Program-made: the position numbers and the translations under genes
Assembly: GCA_003427395.1 (NCBI GenBank)
Contig: BFEA01000023.1
Location: forward strand, 1,072,042 to 1,133,059
Length of the DNA stretch: 61,018 nucleotides
Source: Chara braunii
Taxonomy: Eukaryota; Plantae; Charophyceae
Reading direction: 5' to 3'
Shown here: piece after piece, positions 25,032-37,852 of the stretch
Layout of the letters: each line of letters begins with the position of its first letter
Position numbering within the stretch: the stretch's first letter is position 1
The notes under the pieces: model-generated
What the model was told of the DNA's origin: nothing
Seen by the model: only the letters and a program-made list of their open reading frames with translations
Databases searched by the model: none

Positions 25032-28000
25032 TGTCGAGCGCATCGGCCCTCGCGTGAACGAGGGCCCTCCCGGCCATGTCACGCAGGAGTAAAGCAAAAA
25101 CAATGTCATTAAGAGACAACTCTGGATCGACACATAATTAATCCCGCGAGCCGCCGAAACGGCGCACGGTGGCATCGTCCCTTGCCGCTCTGGCTGGGTG
25201 CGCCAACAATACATCCCGCGGTCCCCTACGACAAGATAGGTTCCCGCGGGGCATAAGCTACCTTCCCTAAGGGGCTGTCACCACCCTTAGGGGCGTATCC
25301 CTACCGAGCTACCGACCCACGTGCGAAAGCTTTAAGATACAATTGCAGAGGTAGGTCAGTCGAGGGCGTTTGCTCGTTCGCCGTAGTATAGATACGTTGG
25401 TTAACGCCAAGTGGACCCGAACGTCGTTCATTCCTTAGGGCGCTGATCTCCTCACTACGAAGCGGACGCCGGTCGACTAGGATAGTCTCAACCAAACGTC
25501 AAACTACAAAATTAATCCTAGTCCCTTAGACACACAATCCAAAAAAAATATAACAACCGTACAATCGCCAACGAGAAGTTGACCATCGATAATAACATTG
25601 ATGCAGCCGACAAGGTAGTCGGACTGCCTTAATTTTGACTTGATGAGACACGCTGCCAAAGTTATTCATTCCAACTAAAGTCGACCTATGATTAAACAAG
25701 AAGACGTCTGTCTCCCTACATTCTCAATTTTCCTGGATGACAGGTTGCTTCGCGGATGATTCTTGATCAGGGGCATTGCTTGACGTGTTGCATGTCTCCT
25801 CCTCTAGGAAGTGGTCTGTGGATACTCCTTCCCCTCGCCCAAGCCCGAAGACTCGGATCTCAAAGGTTGGGCCGTCACCACCGAGTAGGCAAAGTACCAC
25901 CCCCGACGAGTCGGGTCCACTCCAAGTCGATGAAAGGGCCGGCTCCGAAAGCATACGAACCCCCGCCTTGGATGCTTCGTAGAGAAGAGAGAATGCGTTC
26001 GCCGCAAATAATTTTCATATTTTCATCCCTTCTCGGTTCATGGTAACTTAGACGAAAAGAAACTGGATGAGATAGAGAATGAGAATTACTGTGACACGTA
26101 TAGATATAGAAGATCATTCCGGATAAAATGTGTCAGTCCTGGGAACGTGCTAAGTTCAATTGACTGCATTTTCTTTTTATTCACAAGTTTTCCTTCATGG
26201 CACCCGTTGAAATTACTCATTTCATAACTCTAGCACTTTTGTCATGCAGGCAGGTGAAAGATAGAAGCATGACAATCCTTTTCTCCATCCCAAATAACCA
26301 ATGTCAATCTCCATAGTAAGCATCTTCTACCTACCTGCACAACATGCAAGGAAAACAAGTTCAAAAGAAAACAGTACAATCCCATATTCAAGTCAGACTT
26401 TTTCATTCACATGCATGATTCACGCAACTTTCCTCAACCTTTTCTTTTGAACATTCAAAACAACAGGGTCAAGCAAAGTGTGGTTTCACACATGTGTGAA
26501 GGGAAATCTGAGTCATTCGACTGACCTTGACTGAAGTTTACTCCGGCTCACTCAAGAAAGCCGAGAAATATTCCAGCCAAAGTTGAAAAAACGATCGCCG
26601 TTGAAGCCGAAAATATGCCACTCACAACCTCACAACTCGTGGTTGTTTCATTGAACGACAGCCCCCTCACCCTTCAAGTGCTCCTATGAGCGAAGGTCAC
26701 CTCCACTGAAAGACTCAAGTGGGATAAATCTCCAAAAGGGTACTCCCAACAACGAGTCCCACGTGGTTCCAACAGTCCCAACTATACTTCCCTTACCAAG
26801 GATACTCTCAACCAATTGTAAGTCCACGCCTTCTCCAGGTACCACGTACTCTCACCATAGCCACCCCAATATGTCGGCTCCGATCTTCAAAATCGGTTCC
26901 ACCTGGTCCCAAAATGGTCCTAGTTGGTCCCACGTTACCGCCACAGCACTGAATGGTCTCACTCTGAAATCCCGCTTACGCTGCGCGCCGCCAAAAAAAT
27001 AAAAGTGGCCCTGGTTGAAAATGCACGTGCCACGAACCTCCCAAAAATAAGGATGTCCTTCCGGCGCAAACCGCAAGCGCTGCAACTCCAATAGTCAGTG
27101 CCACGTGCACTCACCCCGCGTCCTCCTCATGTCACCGGCCCACGCACCACTACCACACAATCCCAATCGTGAATCAGCGTTAGCCCAACCTCTAGACCAC
27201 ACTGAGATCCACCATAACCGCCGCTCACCACAAAAAAAATATGCGGACCACTGCTTGTTGCGCCGTCAACGGTACAATGGCTGCTTCGCAACACCAGCCT
27301 CAGATCACACATAAAACTGTCCCCACTGACGCAAAACCCGCATCAATCTTCCCTCGTAATATTGCCGCCGACGTGCTGCCAGTATGAAAAAATAGCGTTG
27401 ACACCACCGCCAATCTCGGCAGCACGATCCTACCAAAAATGTTGCTACCACTGTGCCAAAACCCAAACAGCAGCACTTCCGCACCACTGCAGTTAAATCC
27501 GGTGCAGCCACCACAAAATTTCGGCAGCGCTTCCGCACTACGTCAACAAAACACTGCCGCCGCCGTGCAAAACGGGCAGAGTTTCCCCTGCACCGCTGTC
27601 GAAGACCTGCCACCGCCGTGCAAAACGGACAGAGCCTCCCCTGCACCGCTTGCCGAAGACCTGCCGCCGCCGCGATGTGCAGGCAGCACCTTCCCTGCAC
27701 TTCACCAGATGAAGTGTTGGCTATGGCAGCCTCCACTCCCGCGTTCACTGTAGATCTCCACTCCACTCCACCTCTCAGCACCCCACTGGCAGTGCCGCCC
27801 CTCTCCAGCAGCGTGCAACAACCAGCCAGCATTCACTCAAGTGAATGCCCCAGCAGCACTGCCACAAGTGTGATGCTGCTGGGTGGAGTGCTGGCTTTTA
27901 TAGTTAGTTGAAGGCATGTGGGCAGCTGCCTTGCCCACAGCCAGGCAAAATTCGTCAGAGCTCCTGGCCCTTGATCTAAATCAATGGCCAGGAGCCCTAT

Positions 28001-29032
28001 GCCTTGGTTTCCCCTTAGGGGAACCAGGGTCATCAGTTCCCTGGAGCACCTGGCCGTTTCCCTAGGCCAGGTGCTCTTGGAAATAGTTGTACTCAACCAC
28101 TCCAGAACTGCCCGTTCAACTGAACAGGCACTGTCCCGTCAGCCCCTAGAACCTTCTAGGGGTTGCACCTGTTCTACGGTCGCGGCCACATTCATGGCCG
28201 TTACATTTCTCTCTTCTTCTTACTTTATTTTCCTCCTCCTCCCCCCTGCCTTTTTTATTTTTTCTTTTTACTCCCCCTCGTTTTCTCTGTGAGGGGGCAA
28301 CTCGCCGTTCGAAACGAACGGCCGCCCCCCTTAGTCTTGTCGCAGTGTCGAATTAGAGTCAAGCTCAACAAAGGGTCTTCTTTTCCCCCTGCGCCCGTAC
28401 CTGGCCGCGAACAGTGCCAGGTCCAGGCGCTGTCTGCTGACTGCAGCCCGTTCTTGAAATCGGACGGACGCAGCCACGACAACAGCGGGGTAATTAAAAA
28501 AAAAAACAAATACAAAACAAAAAAAGGAAGGAACAAAAAAAAGGAAGGAACAAAAAAAAGGAAGAAGAAAACCTTACCTGGACGAACGGTGGCCCGTTCC
28601 GCACAGACACCCACTCCTGCTGCCGCCCACTCGCCGCAGGGGTCATCTCCAGGTAGGATCCCCCCCCCTTTCTCTCTCCCTCTCTAAAGCGTGTGCATAG
28701 AGTCCCCCGTAACTCGAGTTCAAGATCCCAAACCCGATGCCCGGATCCGTTCGATTTTGCTCCTCCTTATCAGAAGGAGAAGCAGCCCGTTCGTTGAAAA
28801 CGAACGGGCACTTACTAATTCTTACTGATAGAAAAAAAAGGAAACATTTAAATCTAACAAAAATCTAAAGCAAATCTAACAAAAGATAAAAAAAAAAAAA
28901 AAAAGAACAAAACGAAAAAAAAGAAAAACGGCAGTCCGTAAAAGCGGGCGCCTGTCACGACCACTGGGGCCTGAAGTGCCCCAGACACTTCACCCTGCGC
29001 CACATGGCGCTTCACTTTAGTTTTAGTTGTAG

Positions 29033-29086
<54 letters not shown>

Positions 29087-30021
29087 CAGTTGGCTTATGC
29101 CAACGTTCGGTTTCACGTGGCTTTTCAGCCACGTCCCCCAAAACACTAGCCCGAGTTCGAGTCCTGCCTAGTGCGAAAAATAAATAAATAAATTGGACTA
29201 TCTCTCGAGTTATGCGTGTCATCCTTGCGCAGGGGTCGTGCTGACTCACGCGAGGTCGATCTCGGCCGTGCGATCTTCACGATCGACGGTCGACATCAAC
29301 CGCGCCGACAGCAAAGTGGCCATCTCCAAAAGGAGCTAAGGGGCAAAGTATATTGGCTTCGATCCCAGTACCTGCTGGGTATATATCACCTGCTATAACC
29401 TACTAGGCTAGCTCCTATCACAACTGTGATAATAGCTGCTCTTCTATAAGAAGAGCTGGCCCAGTCACTATCTCCCCCCATATCGTGGCCTTGCAGGCCG
29501 TGCCTGCCTGTGGCGCGGTAGGCCCTGCCTGCCTGCCTGTGGCCTTACAGGCCTTGCCGGCAGGCCTTACCCCGTTGGCAGGTCGCGTGGCATCGGCCTA
29601 TCAGCCCCGTGGCTCGATGTCAAGCTCCGCGGCCAAACAAAAAAACTCCCCATTCCTTCTGCGTCGCGGCCCTATACCCGGCGCATCCCCTTTTTAGCCC
29701 ATTCAGGCCCTGAATCGCGCGGCTTAACAGCCGCGCGACACTATTTTAGGTAGAATAGTTCTAGTTCTACCGTTCCCATGCCCGCACATACCTGTGGCTT
29801 CGACAAAACGAAGCATTACCATTCACATCTGTTACTCCTGGACGCCACACGCGTTCGGACTGACGTCTAAAAACTTTTAGTCTGTCAGTCATAGGTCAGG
29901 TCTGAATAAGCGTTTTGGCAAACGTCGTCTCATCAAGTCCTTCAATTCAATGAAACAGTCATACAACGTGCAACGTTGAAAACCCCCTGCAAATACCCTT
30001 GTCAGGGTATTTTTCCCGACA
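25032..30021 (-). mobile_element. Nested solo LTR (4990 bp) of a sister family, inverted
   Basis: Minus strand starts TGTCGGGAAAAATACCCTGACAAGGGTAT (compare TGTCAGTGCGAATACCCTTACAAGGGTAT at 16821) and ends GGCCGATGCGCTCGACA (compare 30525-30541). 4-bp TSD GCGT; the empty site is visible in the 3' LTR at 50221-50224. No gag/pol inside. Confidence 0.85.
29189..29244 (-). ncRNA. U6: U6 snRNA 3'-half fragment inside the solo LTR
   Basis: Minus strand reads TCAGCACGACCCCTGCGCAAGGATGACACGCATAACTCGAGAGATAGTCCAATTT, matching plant U6 from the AGC triad to the 3' end. Confidence 0.85.
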
Positions 30022-30543
30022 GCGTTGTCGCGTTGTTTGTGTTGTGTTGTTTCGTGTGTGTGTGTGTGTTTTATTTTTGTGTTTGTAAAGTGGTGTGCGT
30101 GTGGTGTGTGGGATCGTCCTAGTCGATCGACGACATGCCGCGCTTGGGACTTCAGCCCCCCAAGATGGCAGTTCGTGTGCGGGTCCGATAGAGGCGTATT
30201 ACCGCGCGTACCCTCTATGCTATAGCGAACGAGAAACGCCCTCGGCTGGTCCACCTCTGCGATTGCAACTGATTAGCTTTCGTACTGTGGACTGGTATCT
30301 CGGCGGGGATACGCCCACGAAAGGGAGGTGACAGCTCCCGTAACGTGGAGATAAGTTGTGCCTCGCGTAGGCCCTATCCTGTCGTAGGGGCTCGCGAGAG
30401 GTATGGCTGGCGCACTCGGCCGGGGCGACTTGCGGAAACTCCATGTATATTCGCGACGAAGGATATAAACCAACTCCTGCGTGATACGGCCGGGAGGGTC
30501 CCGCGCTGCCCTGATGCGGTGCCGGACCGATGCGCTCGACAGG

Positions 30544-30562
30544 TGGCGCCGTTGCCAGGGAT
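30544..30562 (+). promoter_or_regulatory. Primer binding site, tRNA-Asp type
   Basis: TGGCGCCGTTGCCAGGGAT, 2 nt after the LTR-terminal CA; complementary to the plant tRNA-Asp 3' end (...ATCCCCGGCAACGGCGCCA) with one mismatch. Confidence 0.85.
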
Positions 30563-30648
30563 AACGGAAAGCCTACCGTTGTCCCTGGTGGAACGACATC
30601 CGGGTATGAGAAGGGAAGGGAAAAAAGGCATAAAGGAATGACGAGAAG

Positions 30649-30834
30649 GTAAGAAAAAAAAATGAGTGACTAAGTATAGGTGAGGAAGTTTACCTTCTTG
30701 AGTTAGGGGAAGTATAAAGGACGATCGTGCTAGCATTGGGTAAAGTATGTACTAAGGGTTAGGTAGGACGGATGGAATAGACCGGTCTAGGTGCAATGCT
30801 GAATAAAAGGGGTGTGCTTGTTTTCTCTTATCAG
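30649..30834 (+). other. Putative 5'-leader intron before gag
   Basis: AAG|GTAAGA donor; pyrimidine tract TTTTCTCTTATCAG| acceptor 27 nt before the gag ATG. Confidence 0.5.
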
Positions 30835-30861
30835 GGAGCTTGAAGAGAAGAGTCTATCAAG

Positions 30862-33800
30862 ATGTTGCAGGGCGGCGGCACATCAGGTGCTCCCAAGAAA
30901 GGCCTGACGCTCGATGACCTCATCGCGGCTATTGACAGGCATGAAAGAAATCCGAGCAATATCCCCAAGGTCGATAGCTTCCATTTTTGTGGGGAGAGAG
31001 TCTCAGAATGGCTGGAGCGGGTGGAACAAGCTCTCGTCGGGCGGTCGGATGTTGTAAAATTTCAGCGCATTCTCCAGTACGTTCTCCATAGCTACCACCA
31101 GGAAGTGAAGAAAGTTATAGATGCGGCTCAAGGTAGCTTGGAAAGATTCAAGGAAGGAATGCAGAGGAAGTACCGTCTGGGAGACGGATTGTTGACCACT
31201 ACGGACCTTGAGGCGATGAACAAAGAGGACTTCACGATGATAGGGGCCTTTGTCCAAGAATTCAAGAAAAGGGCACGGAAGGTCCATGGGATTTCGGAAG
31301 AGGCGCAATGCGCAATCTTCCTAGGGCTACTCACGGCATCGGAGGCCGTTGAGCTGACAAGACATGGAGGGGGTAGCACTAAGCTCACCTGGGCCACCAT
31401 TGACAGAGGGGTGGAAGTTGGATGCTTGGACCAGGTGGAGCAACGTCAGGTACGCCTGCAAAGACAGAAGAGAAAGGAAAGAGACGCGACCGCTTCTGGG
31501 ACCCCGGGGGTAACAAGGATTGTTACAGACGTATTGGCACAGCTGGGGTATGCGACAGAGCCGGTGGTGCAAAGGAAGGTAGTAACGGCTATCCAAGTGA
31601 AAGAAACAGAGCCGGTGATAGAGGAGGCTGTTCAGGAGGAACTCTAGGAAGAGGAAGAGCCGGTGCCGCAACGCCTGACGAAGGTCCAGCGCAAAGTGCG
31701 TAACTTGGCGCAGGGCGGACACAGATCAGGAAAAGCGCTGGCGCCTCAGGCGGTGGTGACGGCTCCTCCAAGTGTGGCGGCGCCCTCGTCTAGTGCGGGC
31801 CCCTCGCAAGGAGGGGCACCCTCCTACGGACAATGGCCCTGGTCGGTGATCAATGCAATTGTGCCATGGGGTAGCCCGCCGCCAGTAGTCGGACCACAAA
31901 TGAGTATGCCGCCACCCATCTACCCCGCAGCCCAGGTCCAGCCTGTGGCCCCGCCGCCGTCACCTGCTCCCAGTTCACAGGGAAGCGTGGCTGGAGGTGG
32001 GAACCAGGGGCTGGGCAATCAAGGCAACGGAGGGATGGGTGGAGGAAGGGGGCGAGGCAGGAATGGCGGCGGAAGAGGAGGGCCATGGAATAGTCAAGGC
32101 CGAGAAAACCAAGGCTCGGGGTACCAAGGCCAGGGGAATCAAGGCCAAGGGTACCCAGGCCAGGGGTATCAAGGCCAGGGGGATCAGGGAAGTCAGGGGT
32201 ATGGGAGACCCCGTTTTGACTGGAGGACGGCCATCTGCCAGCATTGTGACCAGCAAGGCCACACCATAAGGTTCTGTAACATAAGACGGGAAGACGAGAG
32301 GAGCGGGCTGATCTCCTCCACCATGGATGGGAACATTTACGATCAGTTTGGGGAGGCCATTGACAGAAGGCTTGGAGGAGTGAGAGCGGAAGCCCAACGA
32401 ACGGCGGCAGCCGGGCCGCCACCCCCTGCCACATTCAGGCTATGGCAGGAAAAGGAGGAATCACTGATTGGGGTAGAGGAAGTGGGGAGCGACGAGGAAG
32501 TGGCTCAAGGACCACGTGGAGGAAGTAGGAGGGGAGAGCCCATAATCATCGAATCGGATGATGAAGACGAGGAAAGAAGGATGGAATCGCCATCCGTTTT
32601 ATTGGGCAAGATGGAGGACCTACTGAACAAGGTGGGAAGGTACCAGCAGAAGTTGGTAAACCTCTGCGACGAAATAAAGAGATGGAGGTCTAGCATCCCC
32701 AAGGTGTTCCTTTATGACTCCGGCCCGGACTCAGCACCTGGGCGTCCCGGAGTAAATATGGTGGGGTCAAGCCCACAGTCAGGAATGATGGGGAGACCCC
32801 TCACTCCGCAGGCCCGGCTGGCACAGGCAGCACAAACGAGAAGTCAAGCCAAGGCCAGTGCCAAACAAGAACCTCTGAGAAGGGAGCCAGAGCCAGGGAA
32901 AAGAAAGGAGGCTGTGGAAGTGGAGGATGACGACAATGAGGAGGAAGAGAACGAGAGGTTGCGCAGAGAAGAGGATCAGAGAGCGGAGCAGCGGGCCAGG
33001 AAAAAGGGAGCCAGGGGAGAGGTCGAGCCGGTCGTGCGCGACGGACAGCCCAAAAGGAAGAAGTACGCGGTTCGGTTGGAAGAGGGATTTGACGTAGAGA
33101 AAGTGATCGACCGGCTGCTGGAAGGGCATAATGACCTCATGACCCCGAAGGAAATCCTAGCGTCGGCCCCGCGGCTCCGCGATGAACTGAAGGGGAGATT
33201 GTCGTGGCGCCTGGTGCCTAATGTCCATCTAGGTACGATCCTGCCCAAGGAGGCTGAGTGGGCGGAGTCGGGTACGAAAATGGACTGGAAGTGTGTAGCC
33301 TGCGGCATGGTGGATTTGGTGGTGAAGGGTTCTACGTGCGCAGCAATGGTGGACACTGGGGCGGAGATGAACATTATCCGGGAGGTGGACGCGATCAGAT
33401 TCGGGCTGGATACAGATCGTTTTGACTGCGGTATTCTGCACGGAGCTTGCTGCAAGGTCGTGTTTTGTGGGACAGCCTCGAATGTACTCATCGAGGTTGG
33501 AAAGGTGAAGGCCCGAGCTTGCTTCTTCATCATGCCGGACGTGGACTACGGGATCCTCCTAGGAAGATCATTTTTTAGTAGGACAGAAACTGTGATGTTC
33601 AACAAGCATGACGGTACTTTGATCCTCCTCCTATGTGACCCTGCGTGCGGGAATTACGAAATAATTACCTGCAGAAATACAGGACCGAGGAGTATAAGGA
33701 ACCGGCCCAACCCAGGATCCTTCATGATTGAAGAATCGGAGGGCGAGCGCCGAAGGCTTCAAGCGGAGCCGAAAGGAAAAGAAGAGGTGAAAGCGTTTTC

Positions 33801-33924
33801 CCTTAGCCTATCGGACATCGGGAAGGCCATGGATTTGGTGGCCGCGCATGAGATGGCGGATCCGGATGCCATCCAGGCCTTGATGGAGCAAGTTCTGGAA
33901 TGTCCTGAGGCAGGGAGATTGTAG
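30862..33924 (+). pseudogene. gag: Giant element gag and protease (one in-frame stop at 31645)
   Basis: ORFs 30862-31647 and 31663-33924 are in the same frame; capsid-like N-terminus, GQG/RGG repeats, knuckle CQHCDQQGHTIRFC, protease AMVDTGAEMNI and ILLGRSF. Confidence 0.9.
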
Positions 33925-36900
33925 CTGGTATATCGTCTTCCAGACGGAAGGAGGAATCTCGCGTCCTCGCAAGCGCAATCTGTGAGTCGGCCTTTTTTAG
34001 GGGACGGCTCAAGCAGGGTTCCCAAAGGCGGTACAAGACGGTAGACAAGAAGTGTCGCCCGGTTCCCATCCTCGTTACAGAAGACGAGGAAGCGTACCAC
34101 GAAAGGAAACGAGGGTTGATACGACGAATGAGGGAGAGTGCGTTAGCAGGACCATGTCGTATCAACGAAGGGAATGAAGAGAAGTTGATTATAGGGGAAC
34201 CCGACTCCCTACTGACTCAGGAACGAGCGTTGATAGATAAATTGATGAGGAGGAGGCACCTCGTCTATAACTGACATTTCGTTAAAACTGACATTTTTTT
34301 CTAAATTCACGAAAGTGGACTTAGTCAAAATTTCATTGCTTATCGAGTGAGAAAGTGGTTATCTCACTTTGTCCATCTGATGTACCTCAACGTAAAGTAC
34401 CGTTAACATACATCCGATGGTCAGATCATCAGGAGTCGCCACGACACCCGATGATCTGATCATCTGAAGTCATGGGGACAAAAAAAACACTAAAAACTGT
34501 TGTTTTTTTGTACGCTCAATTTCGTGAATTAAGAAAAAAATGTCAGTTTTAACGAAATGTTCATTCTATGCGTTTAGTGACGAAGAGCGTGGCAGGCCGG
34601 ATGTAGACAAAATACCTATGATCCGCATCCACATCGTGACACACGAACCTTGGAACATGAGAGGGGTGCGATATCCTAATCCTGACGAGGAAAAGAAGGT
34701 GGTGGATTACCTCGACGACAAGATACATACACACATCGCCAACTACTCGAGTGGACCATATGCATCCCCGTGGTTCTGTTTCATCAAGCCTAACAGGACG
34801 CTGCGCTGGGTGCAAGATCTGCAGAGGCTGAATGCAGTGACTGTGCGGGATGCTGGAGGACTGCCCAATGCGGACGCGCTGTCGGAATCCTGTGCTGGAA
34901 GGCCTATAATCTCACTTATAGACCTTTACTTAGGATATGATCAGTTCCCGGTCTACCCGCCAGACAGGCCGGTGACGGCTATGCACACGCCGCGAGGACT
35001 AATCCATATGAACGTGGCCCCACAAGGGTGGACCAACGCGGTAGCAATGGTCCAACGGGCCATGATTCGGGTTATGCAGTCAGTCAACCCCCATATCACA
35101 CAGCCATACATCGACGATTTGGCAGTGAAGGGGTCGGCAGTGAAGGAGAGCGACGACGTCTCACCAGGGGTAAGGCGCTTTGTTTGGAAGCACATCCAGG
35201 ACCTCGAAAAGGTCCTGAGCCTGCTCGAGGAGCATAACCTCACGGCGAGCGGGGCCAAATCCAGACAATGCATGAGGGAAGCTACTATCTTGGGGTTCGT
35301 CTGCAGTGAGAAGGGCCGAGGGCTGGATGTGAAGAAGACGGACAAGATAACTGAGTGGCCGGTTCCGTTCCACTCAATAACTGATGTCAGGAGCTTCCTT
35401 GGTACGTGTGGATTTTGGAGGGCCTTCGTGAAGAACTTTGCCGCGGAGGAAGTTAGTCCGTCAGGATCAGGAATGGGTTTGGGGTGAAGAGCAAGAAGAG
35501 GTGGTGGTTAGAATGAAGGACGAATTTCGAGAAGGAGGGTTGGTGTTAGGAGCATCAGATTATGGTGCCACGGAGATGCGACCCTTCATTGTCGAAACGG
35601 ATGCGGGGCCGACTGCCTTAGGGGGAGTTTTAATTCAGGCAGTTGTGGAAGGAAAGGAAAGGCCCTTGCGATTTGAGAATCGGACTCTGTGTACGACAAA
35701 GAGAAACTACTCTCAGTTCAAAAGGGAGACCCTTGCTGTCCTCCACTGTCTGCGGATCTTCCGGAATTACATCTTCGGCAGGAGGTTTATTCTGAGGGTG
35801 GGACCGACCACCCTGGCTTATTCTCTAAGGAATTACGTTCCATCGGATCCAACGGTTGCCAGGTGGCTGACATATATCTGGATGTTTAATTTCGAGTTGA
35901 AACGGATTTCTGACAGTAAGAACCGGGCAGATGAACTAAGTCGGATCAACTGGGATAAACAGGAAGGGGAGGTGGTAGAGAATACACCCCCAGTTGATGG
36001 ATTTCTGGACCAGGAAGAAGATGTCCGTCTTCATATTAACAAATGGTCGCCGCAAGTACCCAGCTGTGTAGGCTATCCTATCTGGCAAGCGCCAAGTGGG
36101 TACGAACGGAGGGCTGAGCTAGTCCTCAAACCCTTTGAAGAAGAGGATCCCTGGGGTAGTAAGGATGTTCCGTGGATGATGGAGTTAGCGTTGGCCAGCT
36201 CGCATAGCCTGGTGGAGGACATGAGGACGATGGAGGAAGGGTCAGGCCAGGTAGAACGGCATGAGGACCTGATGGGAGGAATGTATTTCCTCGTCAACAC
36301 GTTATTGCAGGAAAGCCTCGACCAATCAGGCTCGTTGAACTCGGCAGGGAATGTGGACGAAGTGCCAGAGAGCCAGGACGACGAGTTCGAGGAGGGGGAA
36401 ATTAAGGAAGCCTTTCGTGTAGAAGAGTATGATGGGATCTACCTAGAGCGGGGACTCCTTCTGTCGTGCGAAATGCGATTAAGGATGCGAGTGATAGGGC
36501 TCAGAGGATGTTGCAACGCTACTTAGTGCGGGACGACCACCTTTTTGCAAGGAGAGAAGTAGGGAATCCCAGGAGAGTCGTCTGTGGCAGGAATCGTCAA
36601 ATTGACGTCGTAGCAGCGCTTCATGATGGCATTGCAGGAGGGCATCGAGGGATCCAAGCCACTTATGCCAAAATAAACGAGCTGTACTACTGGGATGGAA
36701 TGATGGATATGGTTGGGAGGTTCTGCCCGTCATGCGTGCCCTGCCAGGAGAGATCTCGTTTAAGGCAAGGAGAGTCGCTGCATCCAAGGCTAGAGCGAGA
36801 AGTGGGGGTTGTAGTGCATCTCGATCTACTTTTCATGCCGCTTGGGGATCACAGCTATAACTACATCTTCGATGCGTGCGATAACCTATCTAGCTTCGTA

Positions 36901-37686
36901 GATGGGCGTGTCATACGTACCAAGACTGATTCGGTCTTGGTTAGTTGCATCGAGGAGTACTACTTGCGTTATCCTTTCGTCTGGGAATTCGTAATGGACA
37001 GGGGATCGGAGTTTACCTGCCAGGAGGTGCAGGAGTTGCTATCAAGGTATGGTGTAGTAGCTAACTACACCACGGCTGCGCACCCCAGGCAAATGCTCTC
37101 GTGGAGAGAGGGCATAGCACCATTACGAGCCTCCTGGCTAAGTGGACTGAAGGTAGGCCGAATCAGTGACCAAGGTACCTGAGGGCGGCTTTCTTCGTCG
37201 AGAACATTACAGTGAAAAGATCCACCAAGTTCGCACCTGCGACGATGTGGTATGGAAGGCACGCCACCTTCCCAATCGAGAGCTTTCTTAAGACCTGGAG
37301 ACGCCAAGATCTGGAAGTCAACTTGTCTTTTGAAGAGTTGCTCGATATTCGGGCTCGGCAGGTAGGGGCAATAGAGGAAAGGATCCAATAGGCGTCCGAT
37401 CAGGTAGCGAGAAGTCGTATGGATGATAAGGCGCGATGGGATCAGTCTGCGCGGGTGAGGAAAGTGCCCTTGGCAGGACGTCGTGTTTTTCTATGATTCA
37501 TCACTGGAGAAGCAGTGGTCCCGGAAACTCGATAAGAGGTGGTTAGGTCCCTACCGGATCGTACGGGTCAGAGACTTCGGAGCGTACCAGATTGAGGAGC
37601 TAAATGAGACCGAGTGGAAGGATTGGGTATCTGGAACGCGACTGAAGAAATTTGTGGCAAGAGAAGAGGTAAGAAAGATGATCTGA
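33925..37686 (+). pseudogene. pol: Giant element pol: RT, RNase H, integrase (frameshifted, MITE-interrupted)
   Basis: YASPWF, DLYLGYDQF, PQGWTNA, YIDD; VETDAG..NYSQFKRETLAV; integrase HHCC (HDGIAGGH..CPSCVPC), VHLD, MDRGSEF, and WLGPY (GPY/F motif). Confidence 0.93.
34269..34565. mobile_element. MITE (297 bp) with TIRs of about 45 bp
   Basis: ACATTTCGTTAAAACTGACATTTTTTTCT.AATTCACGAAA inverted at both ends; 4-bp TSD CTAT; excision restores HLVYAFSDEERGR. Confidence 0.85.
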
Positions 37687-37852
37687 CTACCTTTATAATA
37701 GAAATGATAGGTTGTGTAGGTCAGATAGGTTGCATGATGCATGAGTGTGGACTGGTTTGAGCTTGCTTTAAATATCGCCTATTTTGTTTACCCCAATGTG
37801 TGCATGTTGTCTCCTTCGCCATTTGTGCAGGTCTGACTTTACGAAGACAGTC

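Larger units (their letters stand above)
16821..30541 (+). repeat. 5' LTR of giant element (8727 bp after removing nested 25032-30025)
   Basis: 17170-25031 plus 30026-30541 is collinear with 42370-50741. It ends CCGATGCGCTCGACA directly before the PBS. Confidence 0.85.

Noticed and set aside
28570-28590. CTTACCTGGACG (also 52855) as a U1 snRNA 5' end
   Set aside because: No U1 body follows; better explained as a minus-strand splice donor or chance.
29144-29175. tRNA gene suggested by the GTTCGAGTCC T-loop
   Set aside because: No D arm, anticodon arm or proper T stem; only a B-box-like hairpin.
30026-30541. Alternative model with short 516-bp LTRs (TGTCG..CGACA)
   Set aside because: Flanks would be GCGT versus ACGT (mismatch), whereas the long model gives two perfect TSDs, and the sister solo LTR shares both termini with the long LTR.
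30505-30541. Hammerhead ribozyme at the LTR end (CTGATG..hairpin)
   Set aside because: Lacks the CTGATGA/GAAA core and closing stems.
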